A stretch of DNA of 48,198 nt from Hyphochytrium catenoides (Eukaryota; Protista; Hyphochytriomycota): NCBI GenBank assembly GCA_900088475.1, contig FLMG01001932.1, positions 1-48,198 on the forward strand, read 5' to 3'. The translations under genes and the position numbers were made by a program. The notes beneath the pieces are model-generated. The model worked only from the letters and a program-made list of their open reading frames with translations, made no database searches and was not told where the DNA came from. This document shows positions 1 through 10,168 of this stretch, in pieces (positions within the stretch are counted from its first letter, which is position 1; each line of letters opens with the position of its first letter).

Positions 1-32
<32 letters not shown>
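1..32. repeat. (AG)n microsatellite
   Basis: Directly visible. Confidence 0.9.
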
Positions 33-240
33 GGGTGGTAGAAAGAGCACACATTATTGTGAGTCAGAGGCAATCGAGAGAGACGGCCAAAGTCAACGAG
101 GGCTATAGGGCACTGCGACATATGAGAGGAGAGGACAGGTAGAAGTATCAAGAGGGAGCCAGCGTAAGAAAGGGCGAAAGAATTGAGGCTTGTGAAGACG
201 GAACTACTGCCTTTACCTTCTAACGCGAGCTTCTTCCAAG

Positions 241-1197
241 GGCCATGAGGTTGATGACCGCAAGCTATCCGCAGCCTACACTTACTATGCGCACATAGAG
301 AAGGTGGACAGAGGCGAGGGAGTCAGTGTGCTTAAGGTGCTTATTCCCTCTGCGGTCGCTGTAACAACCATCACGCTCTTGGTGCGGATTGCAAGACAAA
401 GACGGATTATGGACATCCTGTCGCTAGGTGTGTCTCTCGCTCTTGCCTTTTTCCTCTCCATTCTCTCTTTCTCCTGCGTGCCTTGCTTCGTTCCCTTCCT
501 CTAGTTGGTGATTATTACGTCTTCGTCTTTTCTCCGTCTCTTCTCTTGAACTTATCATCATGTCCGGTTGGAAGTTCTTTCTCCTCTTTATTCTATATCC
601 GTCGCTGTGGGTTTCTGTCGCTGTGTCTACTCTTTCCTCCATTCTCTCTCTCTCTTTCTTTCTCTCTCTCTCTCTCTCTGTCTCTNNNNNNNNNNNNNNN
701 NNNNNNNNNNNNNNNNNNNNNCTCTCTCTCTCTCTTCCCCTCTGCGTCTGTCTCTCTCTGCGTTTGTCTCTCTCTTTCTCTCGTTCTGTGTCTCGCTTCC
801 TCTCGACCTTGAAATTGAAAAGAGCACCGCCCCACTCTAGACCCTGCTACGTTCTTAGTTTGTATTCATTGACTCTCGGTCCATACCACTAGACAGCGAT
901 CTCCACGTCATTTGTTAACTGGTGACTTCTGTTTTCGTCGCTCTGTGTCTTGTTTGCTTAGGCGTCTTCGTCGTCGCCCTCCACACTTTTCTCACCGATG
1001 TTCTACCTGCTCGGAGCCGCATTCTTACCCAGACGGTGGGTACACAAGAGGCCAACAAGACCCTGGCGACCATCAGAGAAGCGCACAAGTTCCTTATCGC
1101 CTGCTGTGCTGCCATTCTCGGCCTTCAAGCCTTGGCACCGAGTGGAGGGGCAGGAGGAACTGCATCTCTGAAAGAGGAGAAGAAGAAGAAGAAGTGA
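241..1197 (+). CDS. 5'-truncated multi-pass ER membrane protein, Shr3 (amino acid permease chaperone)-like; exons 241-427 and 962-1197
   Basis: The acceptor ttccaag|GGC, donor G|gtgtgt at 427/428 and acceptor gcttag|GC at 961/962 are phase-compatible. Spliced protein: ...AAYTYYAHIEK...VLIPSAVAVTTITLLVRIARQRRIMDILSLGVFVVALHTFL...AHKFLIACCAAILGLQA...EEKKKKK*. It has three hydrophobic helices and a C-terminal di-lysine ER signal. The Shr3 resemblance (DxxSL, ILxLQA) is from memory. The first exon lies outside the window. Confidence 0.6.
643..782. repeat. (CT)n microsatellite surrounding assembly gap 686-721, inside an intron
   Basis: Directly visible. Confidence 0.9.
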
Positions 1198-1751
1198 AGC
1201 CAGAAAGCCTAACTCCCCGAAGATCAAAGATTGAGCCATACAGAAATGTCTTCTCAGTAGACTTGACCCTGGCAGTAAGACTTAAAAGTTTTCTTGGCAA
1301 GCAAACGGCCAGTGACGAGATCAGAGAGTGGATGCTGGGACGGGAAGGTTCAAAGGCTATGAGGGAAGAGGTAATGCCTCGTTTTTTCCAATTGATAAGA
1401 CTCTAATCAGACATCTGGTTCACTCTATTAACTAAATATGTGCAGCATTCACAGCTTCTTACATTGAATATGGAAAGGGAACGGTAATTGTTGCTCGCTT
1501 TGGAAGAAGGATGTGCCCTGCCTAGATCTGTTGAAGGCATATATATCTATACATACATATATATATAGAGAGAGAGACGCTCTCCGACACTACGATAGGT
1601 CTTCAGGAGAGCCGAAGAGGCTCATTGCCATAAGCAACCAAAATCAACTATATCCAAGCAAGTAGGCCTAAAAGTCTAAGAGAAGGAGAGAAGGAGTATG
1701 TACACAGAAATAAATGATCGCCTCCTTGGGCCCATGGAATGGACTGACTGT

Positions 1752-4700
1752 CTAGGGGGAAGGCGGTTCCCATTGCGTCCTTCCTAACGTCTCGTTATAG
1801 TAGTAATATTGCCCAGTGGAAGAGTCCAACAAGCGGACCCATCCTCTGCCAACCTCGCCTTCTCCGGCGTCCTCCCTAGTCTGGCCTTCTATTTCAGTTG
1901 CTTCATCTACTACATCTACATCACCTCCAGGCGCCTCCCACTGCAGTGACATCGGCAGAGATGTTAGTTGAGATACAGCGTGCAGTATGAAGACCCGTCG
2001 ACCCCAAGAGAGAAAAGGTACAAATATACTTAGGCGAGTAAAACAGAGAAATAAACAGACAGAGAGAGAGACAGGTAGAAGTTGGAAGACGTTACCTGTG
2101 TGATGTTCTTCTCTGGACAATAGTAGTAGAAGCTCCCTGTGTCTTCGTCCCGGAGTCTGATCCAACGTTCTGTCTTCTTAAGATGAGGTACAAAGTTTTC
2201 AAGTTCTCTCTGTGTGCCTTTCTCGGTCGCATCGCTCCTCGCTCTGTCGTTGAGATCCAATGCATCTTGCGTCTTGGTGTACTGATCCTCAGTAATGACG
2301 CTGCAACCTGTCGGCCGGTCCCACTGCAGACAAAATTAGCTGATGAAGCTCTCTGGAGAGATGCCGACACGGACAGAAAACAGAATGCCTAGTAGACAGC
2401 AAATTGACAGGTGGAGGCATACTAGCGCTCAGCATGTCATAGGAAAATCAGCGTAAACGACTCCAGGATAACGGCCCTTGAACAATCGCAAGGCATCAAC
2501 CTCAAAACTACATAAAGGGAAGCGAAAGCGGGAGTGAGGGAGTACCGTCGTCTCCTCTGACTCTGGGCAGTAATAGTAGCTTTTTCCCGTCGAATCGTCC
2601 AAGAGCTCAACCCATATCTTTTGAGAGACATCTGAGATGTGGGTCATAGGTAAGACGGTGGTACTTTCTTCTCTTCTCTTCCTTTCATCTTCTTCCATTG
2701 CCTCGGATGGACTTGTGCTGCCTGCCCTGGGCATGGGGGAGGATGGCAAGAGAGGAGCTCGTTCTTCTGCTGTTGCACTACTTTCTTCCTTCTCCCTGAG
2801 GTCAGAGTGCTCTATGTGAGACACTACCTCCATGGGAGTAGAGGACGGCGGTACCACACCGCCTCTGTGTCCCTCTTCAGTTGGTGTGATCAGGGGCATG
2901 CTCTCTTCGACCCTTTCCCTCTCTAGCCTTTCAGTGCTCTTTGATGGGCTCACACTGCTTACTACAGGCATCGTAGAGGAGGGGAGAAGAGGAGCGTTTT
3001 CTTCGCCATCTTCTCTATAATGCTTTCTTTGTACCTCCTGCTGTGATGGGTGCAGGCTAGCCACGACTGGCATAGGAGAGAGCAGGTTACTCTCGTTCTC
3101 TTCAGAGATACGAGCCTCGTCATTTCCTCCTCTCTCTTCATTCAGATTTTTCACCGCTACAGTGTCGAAGGAGAGTACAGGCAATACTTCTTCTTGATTC
3201 CCTCTTCCTGTCCTTTCAGGAAGTACTGCCGGACTCCTCGTGGCTTCTAGAAGTGGTTCTTTCTCTCTTTCTGTTGCTTCTTCACTCTCCGCTTCGTCTC
3301 GCACATGAGGGTTGATACTGCTACGAATGGGCATGGATGCAAATGTGAGGCCGGGTGATTGATCGTCACTCTTCGCCCCTCCGAATGTTGAAGAAGTGCT
3401 GGATGGCGCTCTTTCTGTCCCAGGAGAGAGGGGAGTGGTAACCTCACCGTCGGGAGGAGACAGCGAATTCGACCTTCCCTCTGTTTCAACCTTCGTTCTT
3501 CCTTGTCTTGTGACCGCCATTCTGAATTCAGCTGCCTCATCGTCACTGTGCCTCTCTTCACGCATTATAGAATCGTCCTTCTTTTCCGCTATTCTACTTC
3601 GTGCGGAGAGAGAGAGAGGCAGAGATTGAGAATCGGCGGAGTTGGAGGCTAGTTGGGCCTTAAGACTGTCATAATGCCTACTCCGATAAGCAGAAGCTGC
3701 AATGAGAAGGCTTTGTCTCTTCGCTGGGTCTGTGTGGCAGAGGAGTAGTAAAGGGAGAAGAACGAGCAGTTCCAGTCCCCCGATCTCATCTGCCACATAA
3801 CTAAAGAAGAAAACAAATGAGGGGAGTGTAAAAGAAAAGTTACGAGCTGCGTTTGAATGGTGGTTGCAGAGAGGAAGGTAGAAATTTATCTTGAAAGAGA
3901 GACGGTGATGGAGGGCAAGTAAAGCAAATCAACTGTAGAGACAGAAAGCAACAGCTAATCGCAATACGTCCTATGTGAGGGAGAAGAGAGAAGCGAGTCT
4001 GGAAAGCGAAGAGAAAGTGGAGCCGTACTTTAGATACTCCGTAGCGGACAAGAAATCCATAGAGAAAAGGTCAGAATTCGTGGTGAAGTCCTCCAAACGG
4101 TACTTATCCCCATGCAAAATCCTCTCAACTATAGTAGCTACTCTTTGTTTCTGTCTTTCAGCTTCCTCGTCGTTGATATGACCCATACCGCGGTCATCAG
4201 GAATCTCTGGCACCTCCTATAAGAGAGAGGTGACATTGACCAGCGTGGGACAAGTAGGCAGAGTGGATGTGAGTAGAGCGGAAGGGACTGAAGGCCATAA
4301 TTGCAAGCTGGCAACAAGCTATCAAGTGAAGCACATCTTCTACAGAGAGAAGAAGGGGCATGAGCGAGCACAGGTGCGCAGATGCAGCGCTTATTCATAC
4401 CGATAGAGAAGAGAAGGCACCCATTACGTCAGTCTTAGGGCTTTCGACGGGATCGAGGGGTGAAGGAGGGACAGAGGAAGACTGCGCTGATGAAGCCAAG
4501 TCCACGGCTGGCGAGACAGATTGACGGTGAAGCCTCTCTTCCCATTCTTTGGCTTCCATCTCCCTTCTTTGCCGCTCCTCTTCTAGCTTCTGCCTTCTTC
4601 TTTCTCGTTCTATCTCTGCCTCCTTCTCGGCTTGTTTACGAAGCTCTTCAGCCCAAAGCCCACTTCCTCGCTGAAAAGAAAGACTTCTCGCTTCAAACGT

Positions 4701-5685
4701 CCGCGGACGAGCCCCAGATAGATCTCTGACTTCCTCGACAGCGGAGGAACTGGTCGTTTCATTAGGCTTCGATGCCGTGTCCTACATTGGGAATGAGAGA
4801 TCACTGAACAAGAGGCATGATAGAGAAAGAAGGAAGAAATGCTCGGGACCAGAAACTTAGACTTGTGAGACCGAGACTAGATTAAGGCTGCTCCAAAAGG
4901 AAGTAGTGGCATGTCCAGAAAAGAAGTAGGTTGTCAAAGCAGTACTTCTTCTCACTTGCCTGTACGGGAGCACGCGGAGGAGCTGGAGGTAGGTTGCGGT
5001 TACTACTGGGCTCCTCTGTCTTTCCTGAATCGGTCGCTGTACTGACAAGAGGCTGTAATGTCGCTTCCGCTTCTTCCCTGCCCTTTAATACCTCGTCCTG
5101 AGGTGGCATAGGTGGCGTCGGCAGCACAGCATCTTTATGATGTGCAGCTATGTCGTCGTCTTCACCGGGCTTTAAAGTAGCTCCGCCCTGCATATCTGTG
5201 GCGTATGGAGATACAGCTTTTGGCAGAGATTGCTTGTCTTGAGATTCTATGTCAATCTTTGCCTCTCCTGCTGTTGGTCCCTTGGCTTCCAATCCAATCG
5301 CAGCACTTGCATTGCTTCCAAACGAATGGGTTTTAGGTAGCAAAGGGAGCTCCTCCTCTTTTTGCTCTAGTATAGCCTCATGTAAATCGTGGTCTTTGCT
5401 GCCGTCAGTACTTGACAGCGCTGAATGTGCTTGGTCCCCTCTGTCGGTCTCTGAAATTCGATTGTCATGACCTAGTGTGCTTGGCTCTGCGTCAAACTCT
5501 TGTGGTGGTTCATGGTACCCTTTTACGACGCCCTTGCTTTTCTCTTCGTTTGAGTTGTGCTCGTTAGAAGTTTCTATAGGTATTATGGGCACTATCTGCT
5601 CCTCCTTTGACTGAAATGTTAATGTCGGGCGACCTGCTCTGGCCCGTCTGCCACTAGGAGGTCGAGGTTTGCTTGCTAAGCTCAT
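1752..5685 (-). CDS. Acidic, largely disordered protein with coiled coil and three C-terminal WW domains; exons 5685-4960, 4781-4428, 4216-4029, 3800-2546, 2323-2096, 1940-1752
   Basis: Splice junctions are phase-consistent. WW repeats: WVELLDDSTGKSYYYCPESEETT|WDRP, WIRLRDEDTGSFYYYCPEKNITQ|WEAP, WVRLLDSSTGQYYYYNETLGRTQWEPP*. Exon 2 has an E/R/K-rich helix. Confidence 0.8.
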
Positions 5686-7699
5686 TGTTCTGTGCCACTA
5701 TGACCGCAGATCCCAGTGATAAGGGTCACCCGACGTGGATACAATCCCGACCCTAATCCAAAAGCCCTCTTCCAGGCAGGTGCGAATGGAATGGTACCCA
5801 GCGCTTTCTAGGCACTGTCTTAAAACCTTCGCATGTACGTCGATGAAGCTTCAGATCAACCTTCGTCTGCAAACGAAGATCAAGCTTCGTCAGCAAAGGA
5901 AGGAAGTGCGCTGGCAGATGATAGGAGTTCCTTGCTTTCTTGTGCTGTGCTTCTGATCTGTCAGCACTTTCGAAAGCAGCATCGCGGCGAAATGATGATA
6001 ATTCGTTTCTAGAATGTAATATTCCTTTTGAGAGTTTTGTATGTGTTGTAGTTCCACAGATATTATTGGGCCTAATCCGACGTTTATTCTCACAAGTCCA
6101 CGTTTTACCCTCTTAACGGCTGAGTACCTCTAGCAAGAGGTAAAAATGGCTTTTTAGAGGTGTCAGATGGAACAAATCCAAGTATTTTGGGTCTTTTTTC
6201 TACATTATTACCGTTTCACACTCGGCGACTCGTGTCGGACATAGTTCTAAGTTCTAACCGTTCCTACTAACAAAACCATGACTGTGAGAAAACCTAAGAT
6301 GCTGATGAGAGAGAGAAAGACTAATGGTTTATTAGGAAAGGGAAGAGGAAGATGTACTACTAATACCGGGCCTGCCCTCTGCTGCGGGACAATAGATAGG
6401 TTGTGATAGCGAAGAGCTTTAGGTCCAAAAGCCATCATTCACCAGGGTAACCTACGTATACTTGGAGGGAGAGGATAAGTGAACCTCTTTCGCTCTTCTC
6501 ACCTCTCTTCGTGTGCTCTTTGGCCCACTGTTGACCGAGCCCAAGTTAGTAGGAAAGACTTGCTCTTTTTCCTCTCTTCTGCCATCTAAAACGCTTACTG
6601 TCGTTTCTCTTCTAGGGAACCAAAAAAGGCACAGACAGAAGCTGCTGCTGTGTCCCGCTTCTTCGCACTCCTTTGTAACATTGTCTCTTTTCATCGATAC
6701 GTTGGGAATGTTTCCATCAACCCAAAGGTCACGTCCCTATCAGAGTTTGGTAGTCCACACTCGCCACTCTTGATAACTTGCTTTTTTTGCTATTTAGCTG
6801 ATAGTAGTAGTAGTCGAGACCTTGCATGTTCTACATATTGGCGATGGGATGGGCAATTGTCGCATCGCCGCGCGCTAATCTGTTCAATTCACATTGTCCA
6901 GACGATCTGCACTTCGGCTTACTGCGCCAGAGTGTTCTTTCCTAGGCTTCTCTGTACATACCATTAGCGTACGAGAGAGACGGGTCTGGGGAAATCATTC
7001 CGGCAGGCTCTAAACGCTACATCCTGTTACTCTCTCATCTCCAAATAGAGCTCTATTCGATGGCTTGACCAACTTATCTTCTTTATTAACTCCACACTTT
7101 ATCTATAAAAGGTATAACAAAGAAGTATCCGCGCATCTTCTGGCTGTCATCAAACTTCTCTTTCTCCACTTCAGCTAGAGATGATAGATCATATTATGAA
7201 GGGACCAGTCATCCTCTGCTTTCTGCCCATCACACGGCGTTGACTCAAAAGGTAGTAGCGGATTCACTCTACCAGAAGGCTCGGGCTGGATTTAGATTCG
7301 GAGTTATAGCAGACGTCACTACTGCTAATTGACTGGAGAGGCTAAGAAGCGAGTTCAACAGAGAGTAAAACGAGGAAGTTACCGCTAGCGTTCGGAGTCT
7401 TGCCGGAGATCTCTCTCGCACTGTCCCTACGCTAGACAATGGTGGTCCTCTGGGGGCTTAGGTTTTCAGAATGGAAATGATGATCGACTGGACTCCTCTG
7501 GACAGACAGCTCACGTAAGATCCCTTCTTTGAAGCCTGGTCTTTGCTAATCTACAAGGATCAAGAGCTTATTAGGAGCTTACCCCCTTACATAACTCTTT
7601 CTTTGTTTTCCTATTCTGCTTCTTGCCGGCACGTGATAGTCATTGCGACTTAGAGATGTAGGAAACAGGAAGCAAGTGATCGTTAACATCTTCAATAGC

Positions 7700-8190
7700 T
7701 TAGACTACTTAGTCTAAGGAGAACTCTTGACAAAACTTGCTGAGCACCTAATCACTGGAATCATTTGTTGCCATCATCTGTTACTTGGTTGCTAAAAGAA
7801 GAAGCTCAAGTCATCCATAACATCATTATGGCAATTAGCGAGGCAATCGATCGGCTGCACCAAGCCGCAGACCCACAATCTATCCTCAACAACATTCTCT
7901 CGTCGCTTCTACGCACAATGGCGTGGACATCAATCCTTCATCAGTAGTGCTGCACATAGACCAAGAGGTCGAGGATGCAATAGAGATAAGAAAGAGTAAT
8001 ATGCTGGACGAGGTTGGGGAGTTTGTGGTGGTAGTCAAAAGTCAGCAACAGGTAATAAAGGACCTGTGTTACGCTGGTTGGCCTTCCAGAGGTTAACCTG
8101 GAGACAGATGAAGCCCTTAGAAGTCCTTGTTCACACCAAAGGCACAAGCATCACATTGCTGAATGATTTATAAATGACATGGACAAATCG
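7700..8190 (+). pseudogene. Possible decayed coding sequence (frame-hopping protein-like fragments)
   Basis: Fragments IIMAISEAIDRLHQAADPQSILNNILSS, HNGVDINPSSVVLHIDQEVEDAIEIRKSNMLDEVGEFVVVVKSQQQVIKDL and VTLVGLPEVNLETDEAL lie in successive frames without clear splice sites. Confidence 0.3.
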
Positions 8191-10168
8191 TAGCGGATTG
8201 TTGTTGTAACGGATGTGGAAAGGATCCGGCGGTCTTGCCTGCTGCGGGCAGTGGACCACCGGAATAAGATGACAGCATTAAAGAAGACGAAGAAGAAAAA
8301 AGTCATCATCTACAGCGACAGGGCGGTTAGCATCACTAAGGAGCCAGGGAGGTCCTCCGCCGCTGCGGAGGCAGCCCAACAATGCCCCGTTTTGAGCAAC
8401 TATTTAGATTCATGTTATGGATCCGCCAGGTTTCTTGATCAGGCGTCAGGATGGTTGTTATCACCTCTTGGAAGAAAGGGTAGTTCATTGAGAAGGAAGA
8501 GGCAGAAGGGAAGTACAGGCAATACGCTTCACATCTTTGGTCGTAAGCAGGCCGCCGGAAGAGAGAAGGCGGAGAGTCTTCTATTATTGATAATCCAAAG
8601 TCGCCCATGGTAGTGGTTAGCCAAGATGATGATAATAAGCAGATAGTAATACTAGTAGATAGCTAATGATGCTCTGGTTGTTGCTCCAACGACCATGCTG
8701 ACCTCCCTGTGCTTGCGGAAGGCCCGGCTACGAACTCACAAGCTGCCGCTACCAAGAAGTGCTTCGAGCCTGCTGCTGAGATCTCAGAAGAGATGCAGAC
8801 CAGCATAATAAGAGTGCAGTGGAAAGCCAAGCATCAAGGAGGCAGCAGGCAGGCAGGCTCAAAATTGTGGGAGATGGGCGGGTGATCTTTGTCAGTGAGC
8901 CAAGCAATGAGCAGTGAGCTAACCTCTTGGTCAATAACTACTGTGACGTAGTACTTGTACTAGGAACTGCACCACAGTGGCAGAGAGGCTATACAAATTG
9001 TGAATATTCCTAGCGATTGTGCCGCCATCGCTCTAAGAACTGTCCACAATGTTCAGAATGCAGGTTTGGCTCCCACCCAGCCCCAAGCCTGCGGTTGATG
9101 ATACGTGTAGGCCTCTACGCCGTTTGCCCACCCACTGTACCGTATCTAACAGCCCAGGACCCACTCTCTCGAGGATAAAACCGTCGCCTTCCACTTTCTT
9201 GTTCAGCCCCCATCCAGTGAAACATTCAACGCAAAGATTTGAGGCAACTTTGCCTTTCAGACCGGCATAGTTCTAAAGGCTTTGCAGGAGGACTGTGAGG
9301 AAAGATGATTTGGAAAAAATACTATCCCGTTTCTTTCCTTTCTGTTCGTTCCCCTGATGACCCCCTGGATAACTACAGAAGAAAAGGCCCAGAATGCTGT
9401 TGTTGGTTTCATGGCAGACGTTTCTCAAGCTGTGAAACGGACGAAGGGAAGAGAAAGATGCTGTACCTTTCAGCGAGAATTCGCCGACCATTAAGAGCAT
9501 GGTAAACGGATGGGCAGGCTGCTGGTGGAGATGGATAGGAAAGCTTTGTGCTGGCAGCAGGTGAACTCTGCTGTGGACAGGAAGATACAGCAGCCTTGCA
9601 GCCAAGAAAGGTGGGCGGCTACCTGTCCTCTGTTTCCTGCTGCTAAGGATAGCGGAAAGAAGCAACAGGTGGAATTATCCGGAGATCGGTTACAGCGGAC
9701 CCTTGGAAGGGAAAAACACCTTCCCAACGTTGTGAGGAGTACCAAGGAGGAGACATGGATTGACGGGTTTTCTTCTCGTCACATTTGTCTTCGCCTTTCT
9801 TAATCGATTAAAAGTAGAAGGTGAGGAAGAGGTGGAGGAGGGACGGCAGGCAATGTGAATTTGGGGAGGGATGGGCCTCTGTGTGCCGATGGCAGTACCG
9901 ATGGCACTGACGCCTCCTCCTCATTAGTCCGTTCGGCGGAAAGCAGCGGAGATGTGCAGAAGTAGCGGAGGCGGAGCAGGCGGTTCAAGACAGTTTGTCT
10001 TTGCCTGGTGCTCTCTCCTTCATCTCCCAGATTGAAAAAATCACGGCGCCGGTCAGGTCGTCGAGTATTTGAATATTCCAACCTTGGGTGAACTGTAGCG
10101 CTTTTCGTTGACTGACTGAACAGCTGTTGCCTTATTGACGCCAAGCGCCTTCGTAAATTATAGCCAAA

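Noticed and set aside
800-930. In-frame TAG/TAA upstream of ORF 922-1197, suggesting stop-codon reassignment
   Set aside because: The region is intronic (acceptor at 961). Long ORFs have no internal TAA/TAG, and genes end in TAA, TAG and TGA.
6839-6868. Small hairpin ggcgatg...catcgcc
   Set aside because: Only a 7-bp stem, with no tRNA or known ncRNA features.
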